Position numbers and translations under genes: made by a program | The notes under the pieces: generated by a model | What the model was told of the DNA's origin: nothing | What the model saw: only the letters and a program-made list of their open reading frames with translations | Databases searched by the model: none | Origin: a bacterium | Lineage (GTDB): Bacteria; Electryoneota; Electryoneia; Electryoneales; Electryoneaceae | Assembly: GCA_963675295.2 (NCBI GenBank) | Contig: CAXXKJ010000002.1 | Span: forward strand, 3,808,001 to 3,872,000 | Length of the DNA stretch: 64,000 nt | Direction of reading: 5' to 3' | Part shown: positions 29,126 through 38,202 of the stretch, one piece after another | Numbering within the stretch: position 1 is the first letter of the stretch | How the letters are laid out: every line of letters begins with the position of its first letter

Positions 29126-31072
29126 TTACAAATCCTGCGGGCCGTTAAAATACATTTCCAACCAAATTCCCAGATTGGCAAGCATCCAGAGTTTCATCCC
29201 TTCCTGCTTGCCGCGCACGTTCAGCAGGTCCCGTTCCAACGCCTTCAGGTCGAACAGTTCACCCATCCGTGGAGTCAGCACGCGCTCCTTCAACCACTCC
29301 TGCCGGCTGCCGTACAACCATGTGTCCAACGGCACTGGGAATGCGGTTTTGGGGCGCATCAGGATCTCGTCCGGAATGGTTCCGGCGAACGCCAGACGGA
29401 GCGCATACTTCCCGATGTCCAGCCGTCCCGCAGCCTCGATTGAAGTCAAGGTAGACGCCTGTTGTTCAGCGTTTGTGTCACGCCAGCGTAACTTGTAGCG
29501 GAGAGGCAATCTGGCGACCCATTCGACGAGGTTGCGATCCGTGTACGGAACTCTTCCCTCCACTCCCTCGGCCATCGAGGTCGCATCAAGACGCAGCAAG
29601 AGCGCCTTGAGATGAATCTCCTGCAGGATGTGCAGCACCTTCTCGTATGGATCGAGCTCAGCCCCATCGAGACGATCCCAGAGCGTGTCCCAGCTCCCCC
29701 GAATCTCGGTTTCCGCCTCCGCGATCGGCAGGTCGGAATTGAACCACGCCCCACGCTGATCTTTGGGAATCCACTGGTAGAGATGCAGGAACTGGTTGCG
29801 GTGCCCGGTGAACGCACGCTCCCCGTACAAATTGCCCAACGCGCTGGTGAGTCGGACACGATCCTCGTCGCTGAAGCTGCCCGGATCCTGCTGCAACCGC
29901 TGCGCGAGCAGGGCGTCATGCGGCGAACGAACCAGCTGCGTGTACCCGGCGAGCAGCTCATCCGCCCCCTCGCCGGAGAGGACCACCGTCACCTTCTTCT
30001 TGATGAACCGCGACAGGTACCGCAAAGGGACTTCGTTCGGCACCGACAGCGGCGTATCCTTGACATGGATCAGTGACTCGAATTCCTTGAAATACGCGTC
30101 TTCGGTGAGCGTCACCTGCTTGTGCCGCACGCCGAGATGCTTCGCCATCGCCTGTGAATACTCGAACTCGTTGCCGCCCTCTTCGCCGAACCCGATCGAA
30201 AACGTGTGAAACGACCGGCCGGTAATCGCCTTCATCACCGTCGTCAGCACCGCGCTGTCGATCCCGCCGGAGAGGTACGCCCCCACCGGTACATCCGCCA
30301 TCAACCGCCGTTTCACCGACTTCACCAGCTTCGTGCGGAATCCCTCGGCGACCGCCTCCTCGCCCGGATCATTCTTCTCGGCCTCCGGGATCATCGGCAA
30401 CGACCAGTACCGGGTTTCACTACGCCGGCGACCGCTCCACTGCACGTACGTGCCCGGTTGGACTTCCTGGATATGACGGAACATCGTGCGGCCGTCAAAG
30501 CTGAGGCGGTAATGCGATAGATAGTTGACCAGCGAGGTCAGGTCCGGCTCACGGGGAAATGCCGGATCCGCAAGAATCGCCTTGATTTCGCTGCCGAACC
30601 GGACCACGCTGTCCCGCATCGACCAGTACAACGGTTTCACACCCATCGGATCACGCGCCAGGGTTAACCGTTGCGGCCCGATCTCCCACAAGCCGAACGC
30701 AAACATGCCACGGAATTTGTCCAGCGCACGGTCCACGCCCCACTGCAGCAATGCTTCCATCACCACTTCGGTGTCACAATTTGAACGGAACCGGACTCCC
30801 TCCGCCTCCAGCTGTTTGCGCAGGAACCGCTGGTTGTACAATTCGCCGTTGTAGGTGAGCACCCCGCGTCCCCGGGTATCGATCCACGGCTGCGCGCCAC
30901 CCTCCGGATCAACAATCGCGAGCCGGCGATGGCCGAGGCCGATGCCGTTCTCGATCCACGTGCCGCGCCCATCCGGACCACGATGCGCGAGCGTATCGGT
31001 CATCCGGTCGAGCAGATCGGGATCAATCGGTCTGGTGTTGCTCAGGTCCAGTAGTCCGGCAATGCCGCACAA
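29126..31072 (-). CDS. asnB: Asparagine synthase (glutamine-hydrolysing) family amidotransferase
   Basis: N-terminal MCGI, HRGPD, GHRRLAIVD, LSGGIDS, VLSGEGADEL. Confidence 0.9.
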   Translation of the reverse strand: MCGIAGLLDLSNTRPIDPDLLDRMTDTLAHRGPDGRGTWIENGIGLGHRRLAIVDPEGGAQPWIDTRGRGVLTYNGELYNQRFLRKQLEAEGVRFRSNCDTEVVMEALLQWGVDRALDKFRGMFAFGLWEIGPQRLTLARDPMGVKPLYWSMRDSVVRFGSEIKAILADPAFPREPDLTSLVNYLSHYRLSFDGRTMFRHIQEVQPGTYVQWSGRRRSETRYWSLPMIPEAEKNDPGEEAVAEGFRTKLVKSVKRRLMADVPVGAYLSGGIDSAVLTTVMKAITGRSFHTFSIGFGEEGGNEFEYSQAMAKHLGVRHKQVTLTEDAYFKEFESLIHVKDTPLSVPNEVPLRYLSRFIKKKVTVVLSGEGADELLAGYTQLVRSPHDALLAQRLQQDPGSFSDEDRVRLTSALGNLYGERAFTGHRNQFLHLYQWIPKDQRGAWFNSDLPIAEAETEIRGSWDTLWDRLDGAELDPYEKVLHILQEIHLKALLLRLDATSMAEGVEGRVPYTDRNLVEWVARLPLRYKLRWRDTNAEQQASTLTSIEAAGRLDIGKYALRLAFAGTIPDEILMRPKTAFPVPLDTWLYGSRQEWLKERVLTPRMGELFDLKALERDLLNVRGKQEGMKLWMLANLGIWLEMYFNGPQDL

Positions 31073-31395
31073 AGGCGCACCTCAGGTGTCGGTGGTCAGT
31101 TATTAGTTACCGCCGCCCATAGCCCCACATCCCGCAGCCCATCATCTCTTGCCCGTGTTGGCTCCGACAACGCGGGTCTGCTACCGTTCCTCAGTCCCCC
31201 ATACCTCGCAGCCCACACCCTATAGCCCCCAGCCTACAGCCTGCTGCCCGGCAGGAGCGAACTCACCTCCCGGCGATTCCTGCCGTACACACACCTCCGC
31301 CTCTCCGGAAAACTCAGTTCCGACAACGGTCTCCCGGTCTGAGAAGCAATCAGCGAGCTATCTCTTGCAATTGGCGTTCCACTGCTCGTATACTT

Positions 31396-31418
31396 GTACT
31401 GTACCAATTGTATAGTAC
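31396..31418. promoter_or_regulatory. Candidate PadR operator
   Basis: GTACTGTAC-caatt-GTATAGTAC inverted repeat (one mismatch), about 45 nt before the padR ATG. Confidence 0.55.
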
Positions 31419-31462
31419 CATCGGTTACACAACGGCGGAACCGTGACGAAGGACAGCGGTCG

Positions 31463-31843
31463 ATGAAAGACGAGGTGTATCGCAAGAAGCTGCTGGATGC
31501 GTGGGAGGGCACCTACAAAAAGGGGCAGTTGACCTTGTGGCTGTTCCTCGCGTTACGGGACCGCCCGCGGTACGTCGCCGAGCTCAAGGATTTCATCGAG
31601 CAGGCGACCCGTGGCTCGATCACCGTGGAAGAACAGAGCCTTTACCGCAGCCTGCGCAAGTACCGCGACCTCGAGATGGTGGACTTCGACCTTCGCGACG
31701 GCGACCGCGGCCCGGAACGCAAGTACTACCGTCTCACAAAGCTGGGCGACGAGATTCTGACGGACTTTGTCGAACGCAACATCGCGCTGTTTTACGATGA
31801 CCAGCTGAAACAGCTGATACAGAACGGGGGGAACAAACCATGA
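31463..31843 (+). CDS. PadR family transcriptional regulator
   Basis: KKGQL...SLYRSL...GPERKYYRLT.LG. Confidence 0.88.
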   Translation: MKDEVYRKKLLDAWEGTYKKGQLTLWLFLALRDRPRYVAELKDFIEQATRGSITVEEQSLYRSLRKYRDLEMVDFDLRDGDRGPERKYYRLTKLGDEILTDFVERNIALFYDDQLKQLIQNGGNKP

Positions 31844-32235
31844 GCCGAATCACAGGCAAGATGCTGATCTACGGCGCGATTCTGATCGTGATCACCGCCG
31901 GCATGCTGATCGTCTCGCAACAGACTGGCCCCGTCACCGGAATCTGGGCATTGGCAGGCTGGGGCGGGCTGTACGCGCTGGTGACCTACCTCTTCCTGCG
32001 CACGGAGGATGCGGTCAAATCGCGTGGCAACCTGCGCTTCACCTATGGCCTGATCGCTGCGATTGCCGTGTTTCCTCTTGTGATCGGGATGGACATCGTG
32101 CTCTCACCAGCGTCCGAGAACCCCGTGCTGGAAAAAATCTGGCTGATCCCGGCGCTGATTGTGATGCTGGTCGGGAATTACCTGCTGCAACGCCGCACGA
32201 TCAAGGGCTACCGCAAGGGCGACGTGTTCAAGTAA
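31840..32235 (+). CDS. Four-TM hypothetical membrane protein
   Basis: ATGA overlap with padR; four hydrophobic segments; ends IKGYRKGDVFK. Confidence 0.8.
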   Translation: MSRITGKMLIYGAILIVITAGMLIVSQQTGPVTGIWALAGWGGLYALVTYLFLRTEDAVKSRGNLRFTYGLIAAIAVFPLVIGMDIVLSPASENPVLEKIWLIPALIVMLVGNYLLQRRTIKGYRKGDVFK

Positions 32236-32271
32236 ACCGCAATTCGATGTCAATACGAGTGAGATACCCCC

Positions 32272-32679
32272 ATGTTCAAACTGACTCGCAACCTGAAAAT
32301 CTTCGCCGCGGTCGCACTGCTGGCGACCGTTGCTTTCCATTCGACACTCAGCTGGTTGCTGATCGAGCAGCTGTATGTCTGGATCTGGCCACTGGCCGGA
32401 GCGTACTGCGTGACGATGTTCTTTAACGGTCTGCTCAACGGACGCCGGGAGGACGCATTCCTCTCCCGCGCCGACTTCAGCTTCAGCTATCACCTGATGA
32501 CGTACATCGTCGTCGTGCCGGTGTGGCTGCCGTTCATCATCACCCGTCCGACCGTCGACACTGGCAGCAAGATCGCGGAGTTCCTCGGCATGCTCGGCTG
32601 GGGTGTCGGCCTCTTGATCCATTATTTCGTCAGCCGGCACTCGATCAAGGGCTACAGCCGGAACGAGGTGTTTGATTAG
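32272..32679 (+). CDS. Four-TM hypothetical membrane protein (distant paralog of the upstream gene)
   Basis: Four hydrophobic segments; ends IKGYSRNEVFD. Confidence 0.8.
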   Translation: MFKLTRNLKIFAAVALLATVAFHSTLSWLLIEQLYVWIWPLAGAYCVTMFFNGLLNGRREDAFLSRADFSFSYHLMTYIVVVPVWLPFIITRPTVDTGSKIAEFLGMLGWGVGLLIHYFVSRHSIKGYSRNEVFD

Positions 32680-32764
32680 ATTCGACACGCCACCGTGTTG
32701 AGTGCGGGCGGGAGGACGTCTATATTCCACGAACTCAAACATCCACCCCACCTGTCGAGGTTTT

Positions 32765-34210
32765 ATGAGCGACGGCCGTCCGTCCAACGACTCTCCGACG
32801 CAGAAGGATGCGCTCGCCGAAGGTGAAGCAAAGCAGCAGGCAGCGGAAGAAGAGCTGAACAAAGAAGATCTTTCGCTACTCGATAATTTCAAGATCCTGT
32901 TCGGTGCGTCCCGCGGCTTCTGGCTGGTCAATCAGGTCAACTTCCTCGATGGGATCGCGTATTTCGGCATCCTCCACCTGCTCACGTTGTTCATCACCCG
33001 TGACGTCGGCCTCTCGATCAACGCGACGACCATCGCGGTCTCGACGTTTACCGGCCTCGTCACCCTGTTCATGTTCGGCGGCGGTTTTGTTTCGGACGCG
33101 CTCGGTGTCCGCCGTGCAATTTCCCTGTGTCTGATGGGACTGCTGGTCGGCCGGACGATGCTGCTCGCTTCGCCGGTGGTTGGCGGACCGGTCATGATGT
33201 GGGGCGGTTTGCTGCTGATGGCGATCGCGACCGGTATTCTGCAACCGGCATTGTACGCGGGCGTCAAGGAATACTCCGACCCCCGTACCGCGACCATCGG
33301 CTACAGCCTGCTGTATTCGATCATGAACCTCGGCATCGTCGCGGAAGCGTTTGTCAGCCCGGTGATCCGTGAGGTCTCACGCGAGGGCGCGTTTGACAAC
33401 ACCCCGTTCGCCCCGCTGGTCAACCCTGAGAACGGGATCGGCGGTGTCTACATCGCGCTGGTCGGGATCACCATCCTGATGTTCCTGCTGCACACGTCGA
33501 TGTTCAGCAAGAAGGTTGAGGATCGTGATCGCTGGGTAAAGGAAGAGGAGAAGCCGAGGGACGCGGTGAAGAAACCGCTGTTGCAGAGGATGAAGGAGCT
33601 GCCGTTCCTCGACGCCCGCTTCATCTTCTTCATCTTCATTCTGCTCCCGGTGCGGACGTTGTTCGCGCATCAATTCCTCACCCTGCCGGAATACATTTTC
33701 CGAGCCTACCCGGAAGCTGTCGCAGATAAGCTTGAGTGGTTCCAGGGCTTGAATCCCCTGATCATCGTCATCTTCGTGCCGCTGATTGCGATGTTCACGC
33801 GCAAGGTCGGTGTGGTCAAGATGATGATCTGGGGCACCGCATTATCGGCGATCACCACCTTCATCCTCGTGCCGGGACCGGATGTGACCCGGCTGATCAT
33901 TTACGTCGTGATGTTCAGCTTCGGCGAGGCAATCTGGTCCAGCCGTTTCCTCGAATATGTCGCGGACCTCGCCCCGGCTGGCAAGGTGGGCGCGTACATG
34001 GGCCTGGCGGGGATCCCGTGGTTCCTCGCGAAGGCGACAACGGGCTGGTATGCTGGCTCGATGATCGACAAATTTATCCCGGTCGGCGGAACGGAAGCCT
34101 CCGGAACCATGTGGCTGGTCTATGGGTTCATCGCCTGCATCAGCCCGATCGGGTTGCTGATCGGGTACAAGTGGGTGACCCAGGGCGCACACACCGGTCA
34201 CGACAAGTAA
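32765..34210 (+). CDS. MFS transporter (POT/peptide-transporter-like)
   Basis: About 12 TM segments; GGFVSDALGVRR motif A; MNLG, LNP, SFGEA...APAGKVGAYMG. Confidence 0.85.
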   Translation: MSDGRPSNDSPTQKDALAEGEAKQQAAEEELNKEDLSLLDNFKILFGASRGFWLVNQVNFLDGIAYFGILHLLTLFITRDVGLSINATTIAVSTFTGLVTLFMFGGGFVSDALGVRRAISLCLMGLLVGRTMLLASPVVGGPVMMWGGLLLMAIATGILQPALYAGVKEYSDPRTATIGYSLLYSIMNLGIVAEAFVSPVIREVSREGAFDNTPFAPLVNPENGIGGVYIALVGITILMFLLHTSMFSKKVEDRDRWVKEEEKPRDAVKKPLLQRMKELPFLDARFIFFIFILLPVRTLFAHQFLTLPEYIFRAYPEAVADKLEWFQGLNPLIIVIFVPLIAMFTRKVGVVKMMIWGTALSAITTFILVPGPDVTRLIIYVVMFSFGEAIWSSRFLEYVADLAPAGKVGAYMGLAGIPWFLAKATTGWYAGSMIDKFIPVGGTEASGTMWLVYGFIACISPIGLLIGYKWVTQGAHTGHDK

Positions 34211-34298
34211 ACCACGACGAGTCTGCCACCGTGAAACCGTTCCCGGTGGACGGACGTGCGAAGGAAGTCAGGGAAGTCTTACAGCCTGGAGCAAATCG

Positions 34299-34589
34299 TT
34301 GGCGGGTGAACAACCAAAGAAGAGTTTCCTTGGAAAGGTGCTGAGCCTGTTTCGGCGCGGCAAATTGCGCTGTCCGATCTGCCGCTCGACCAACATCCGC
34401 CGCAGCACACGCCGTGGATGGTTGGAGACGGACGCGTTGCCGTGGATTCACGCCTACCCGTACCGCTGCCGCGACTGCGACAATCGGTTCTTCCTCCATG
34501 TCCGTCAGCATCGGGACGCCATCTCCAAGACACGTTTCGCGGACGCATCCGAGCTGCTTCGTGCCGACCCTGAAAAGAAGGAAGAGTGA
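34299..34589 (+). CDS. Small zinc-ribbon protein
   Basis: CPIC...YPYRCRDC; TTG start after GGAG; followed by a hairpin at 34611-34643. Confidence 0.7.
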   Translation: MAGEQPKKSFLGKVLSLFRRGKLRCPICRSTNIRRSTRRGWLETDALPWIHAYPYRCRDCDNRFFLHVRQHRDAISKTRFADASELLRADPEKKEE

Positions 34590-34759
34590 CTCCACTCTCT
34601 CACGAGAATCAAACCTCCCCACGATTTGTTTGCGGGGAGGTTTTGTTATATTTATCAGATCCTGAGTCCTTGTTATTTTTGGTAGTTAGCCTCTATTTCT
34701 TCCGTACGAATCCACTACTCAAGTATACGTCACCATGAATTGAATGCCTGAGGGCGCAA

Positions 34760-34963
34760 ATGCGTCTGCCGACCGACTATTTCCACAAGCAGTGTCCGTT
34801 CTGCGGATCGGATCGCATCCGCCGCACTGCACGGCACGGCTTCTTCGAACGCAGCATCTACCCAATGCTGAATGCCTACCCCTATCGTTGCGAAAAGTGT
34901 TCCCACCGAATGCTGATGTTCATCGGCCGCCAAGGTGTGATCGAACTGACGGAGAGCCGGTAG
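34760..34963 (+). CDS. Small zinc-ribbon protein, paralog of 34299..34589
   Basis: CPFC...YPYRCEKC; GAGGG RBS. Confidence 0.72.
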   Translation: MRLPTDYFHKQCPFCGSDRIRRTARHGFFERSIYPMLNAYPYRCEKCSHRMLMFIGRQGVIELTESR

Positions 34964-34970
34964 TCTTTGA

Positions 34971-35017
34971 TCACCGCGTAGCGGTGACGCGAGTTAGCGT
35001 GTGGCTTCAGCCACACG
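34971..35017. repeat. Single REP-like double hairpin (family also at 39325-39529)
   Basis: TCACCGCGTAGCGGTGA + CGTGTGGCTTCAGCCACACG. Confidence 0.8.
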
Positions 35018-35181
35018 GACAGGCCGTACCCCACCCCATTTTTTCGCAGTCTGATCCTCTGACCGGCGTCCTGTAGGGCCGCCGCAAATACGTTGCTTCG
35101 TTTCTACAACAGACCACCAGTCACAGCCGCCCACAGCTTTCAGTTACCGATAACCGACCACCGACCACCGATTACCGCCAT

Positions 35182-35601
35182 TCACTCTCCGATAACCTTC
35201 ACCAGCACCCGTTTCCGTCGGCGTCCATCAAACTCGCCGTAGAAGATCTGCTCCCACGTGCCGAAATCCAGCCGTCCGTCGGTGATCGCGACCACCACCT
35301 CGCGCCCCATCAGCTGGCGTTTCATGTGCGCATCGGCGTTGTCTTCGCCGGTGTCGTTGTGCCGGTACTGGCTGACCGGAGCATGCGGCGCCAGGCCCTC
35401 CAGCCATTTCTCGTAATCCTGGTGCAAGCCGTGCTCGTCGTCGTTGATGAACACCGAGGCCGTGATGTGCATCGCGTTGACCAGCACCAGCCCTTCACGC
35501 ACTCCGGACTTGCGCACTGCATCTTCCACCTGCGGCGTAATGTTGATGAACGCCCGGCGTGTCGGAATATCAAACCACAGTTCTTCACGATGGGATTTCA
35601 T
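35182..35601 (-). CDS. yjbQ: YjbQ / UPF0047 family protein
   Basis: [35 protein letters not shown]. Confidence 0.9.
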   Translation of the reverse strand: MKSHREELWFDIPTRRAFINITPQVEDAVRKSGVREGLVLVNAMHITASVFINDDEHGLHQDYEKWLEGLAPHAPVSQYRHNDTGEDNADAHMKRQLMGREVVVAITDGRLDFGTWEQIFYGEFDGRRRKRVLVKVIGE

Positions 35602-35716
35602 GGCTTCCTCAGGTATTGGGCTATAGGCTGTGGGCCATGGGCGATTGATTTCAATAATCTTGCCCGTGTTGGCTCAGACAACTCGGGTAATCAGCACAAG
35701 TCCCTTGCAGTCTGTC

Positions 35717-36322
35717 CTACGCCTCTTCCACCAGCAGCAGCACCCGTTCCACCCCGCGACCGTCGTCGACAAATGTCGCGTGCAGACGGATTTCATTTCC
35801 GCTGATATCGATATCTTCGCGCAGGTTCATGCACTGGCTCAGCGCTTCTTTTTCGGCGGGCGTGATCATCAGCGGCGCATTGAACCCGTCCGAGTTAACC
35901 CGCCGGTTGACCTTCCCGTTGTCCATCACCGTCAGCACGCCGGGCACAAACTGCAGCCGCCGCCGCGCGATCGCTTCGAACGAGGCGTGCGGAAACGCGT
36001 CTTTCAGTTCACGCAGGGTCTGGTACGCGAGGTCGGAAAACGGTGGGTCGGGCAGCAACAACTCGGACGCCAGCTTGTTCGCCTCGAACTCTTCGTCCGG
36101 GCTGAGGTCGCCGCGGTGGTCGAGCAGCACATGCGCGGCTTCGTGCGCCAGCGAAAAATGCTGCCGTTCCGGGGGCATCGATTCGTCCAGCACCACAATC
36201 GAGGCGCCGGACGCATCCTCATACTTGTACGCCGGCACACCTCCGGGCAGTGGGGTATCATAGACGATGGTCAGCCCGTGCTTGTCCGCGAACTCGGCTG
36301 CCCAGTCGGACATCTGGCTCAT
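35717..36322 (-). CDS. ImmA/IrrE family Zn metallopeptidase
   Basis: RQHFSLAHEAAH (HExxH) plus E.EANKLASELLLP; ATGA overlap with the upstream regulator. Confidence 0.85.
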   Translation of the reverse strand: MSQMSDWAAEFADKHGLTIVYDTPLPGGVPAYKYEDASGASIVVLDESMPPERQHFSLAHEAAHVLLDHRGDLSPDEEFEANKLASELLLPDPPFSDLAYQTLRELKDAFPHASFEAIARRRLQFVPGVLTVMDNGKVNRRVNSDGFNAPLMITPAEKEALSQCMNLREDIDISGNEIRLHATFVDDGRGVERVLLLVEEA

Positions 36323-37869
36323 TCGGAATCGTCCCCGTCCTCGTCCTCAGTTGGGGTGTGAATGCCGTATTTCTCGAGCTGACGGTACAGCGTCGCTCGT
36401 CCGAGCCCGAGCTTCTTCGCGGTCAGGCTGATATTGTGGTTGCATGCCTCGTACGCCTGCCGGGTGATCCACGCCTTCACCTCTTCCAGCGTCGGGACAT
36501 CGTCCGCGCTGTCATACGTCGGCCACGCTCCGGACGGCTTGTACTGCACCGCCGCCGCGGACGCTTCCGATTCCGGCCGGTGGATCGGGGCAACATCGAG
36601 CACATCCTCGTCGTAATCCTCGCTCTCGACCACCACCATCTCCACCTCGACCGCTTCCGCCGGGGCTTTCGCGCGAATGTCCTCGGAGACATCGTTCAGC
36701 GTGATCACATCCTTCTCCGCCAGCACCATCGCGCGCGTGATCACATTTTCCAGCTGCCGCACATTGCCCGGCCACTCGTACTTCTTCATCGCCTCGAGCG
36801 TCGCCGGCGAGAACCCGCGCAAATCTTCCCGTCCCAACGATTTGGCGTGCTTGTCGAGGAAATGGCCGCACAGCAGCGCAATATCGTCGCCACGCTTGTT
36901 CAACTGCGGCATGTGAATCGGGTACGGGTTGATACGATAGTACAGGTCTTCACGGAACCGCCCCTCGCGCACTTCCTTCTCAAGGTTCCGCTGCGTCGCG
37001 CACACCAGCCGCACATCCACCTGGATCGTCTTGTTGCCGCCGACACGCTCGATCTCCCGCTCCTGCAACGCACGCAGCAGCTTCGCCTGCACCGACTGGT
37101 CAAGCTCGCCGATTTCGTCGAGGAACAACGTGCCGCCGTTCGCCTGTTCGAACTTGCCGATCTTGCGGTCGATCGCGCCGGTGAACGACCCCTTCTCATG
37201 GCCGAACAGTTCCGATTCGACCAGCTCTTTCGGGATCGCTGCGCAGTTCACCGTCACCAGCGCCTTGTCGGACCGCGTGCCGTTGTAGTGGATCGCCCGC
37301 GCGACCAGCTCCTTGCCGGTGCCGGACTCGCCGAGGATCAGCACCGCAATGTCGTTGGTCAATGTGCGTTCGATCAGCTTGAACACCTTGCGCATCGGTT
37401 CACTGCGGCCGATCAGCTTGTCGAACGTATACGCTTGCCGCACCTCACGCCGCAGCCGGGTCAGCTCCAGCGACACCTGGCGCTGCGACACCGCGTGCCG
37501 CACCGTCGCCGTCAATCCTTCTTCGCCGACAGGTTTGATCAGGTAGTCGTACGCGCCCTCACGGATCGTCTCAATCGCGGTCGACACCTTGTCCTGCCCG
37601 CTGACCACGATCACCGGCAGATTCGAATCGAACTTGCGGATGCGTTTCAGCGTTTCGAGGCCGCCGATGCCCGGCATGATCAAGTCCAGCACCACCACAT
37701 GTGGCAGCATGCCTTGATCGATCGCGGACAGGCATTCTTCTCCCGAACCGAAGATTTCGCAGGAGAATCCAGCCCGGTTCAGCCGCAGTTTCTGGTTCTT
37801 CGCGAGGAACGGATCGTCTTCCACCAGGAAAATCCGTGCGCCGGTGGTGTCGTCAAACATTTCGCTCAT
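36319..37869 (-). CDS. Sigma54-dependent response regulator (NtrC family: REC-AAA+-HTH)
   Basis: LVEDD, D-phosphoacceptor in LDLIMP; GESGTGKE, ESELFGHEKGSFTGA, LFLDEI, FREDLYYR, WPGNVRQL; Fis-type HTH. Confidence 0.95.
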   Translation of the reverse strand: MSEMFDDTTGARIFLVEDDPFLAKNQKLRLNRAGFSCEIFGSGEECLSAIDQGMLPHVVVLDLIMPGIGGLETLKRIRKFDSNLPVIVVSGQDKVSTAIETIREGAYDYLIKPVGEEGLTATVRHAVSQRQVSLELTRLRREVRQAYTFDKLIGRSEPMRKVFKLIERTLTNDIAVLILGESGTGKELVARAIHYNGTRSDKALVTVNCAAIPKELVESELFGHEKGSFTGAIDRKIGKFEQANGGTLFLDEIGELDQSVQAKLLRALQEREIERVGGNKTIQVDVRLVCATQRNLEKEVREGRFREDLYYRINPYPIHMPQLNKRGDDIALLCGHFLDKHAKSLGREDLRGFSPATLEAMKKYEWPGNVRQLENVITRAMVLAEKDVITLNDVSEDIRAKAPAEAVEVEMVVVESEDYDEDVLDVAPIHRPESEASAAAVQYKPSGAWPTYDSADDVPTLEEVKAWITRQAYEACNHNISLTAKKLGLGRATLYRQLEKYGIHTPTEDEDGDDSE

Positions 37870-37936
37870 TGGTCACCTTGGTTCGGGGGGTGAGGGGACA
37901 CGTTCCGCCAGCCGATACTGGGAAACGCCGGACATC

Positions 37937-37957
37937 TGATACACTTGCATTGTATCA
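37937..37957. promoter_or_regulatory. Perfect 7-7-7 palindrome, candidate transcription-factor site
   Basis: TGATACA-cttgcat-TGTATCA in the divergent intergenic region. Confidence 0.5.
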
Positions 37958-38202
37958 CTGTGGTACACCGGAAGGTAGCGTGGAACAGCCGTTTTGACAA
38001 GTCTCGGAGACGAGCCATCGCCAGAGAGACCCTCGGGCTGTACATCAAACTCGTTTCGCATTCGGCGTTTTCCCGCGAAAGATCGCCGCGAAGCGTGGAA
38101 CGGGCACGGCATTGGCGGGTACCACAACCGGACTGGGTCCAGCGTTGATCGCGCCTGATAAGGCACCAAACACGCCGAGATTAACCTGAAATTGAGGATA
38201 GC

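Noticed and set aside
29126-31072. AsnB homolog as a lasso-peptide cyclase
   Set aside because: It has an intact N-terminal Cys glutaminase domain, and no B-protein/RRE or precursor gene is nearby.
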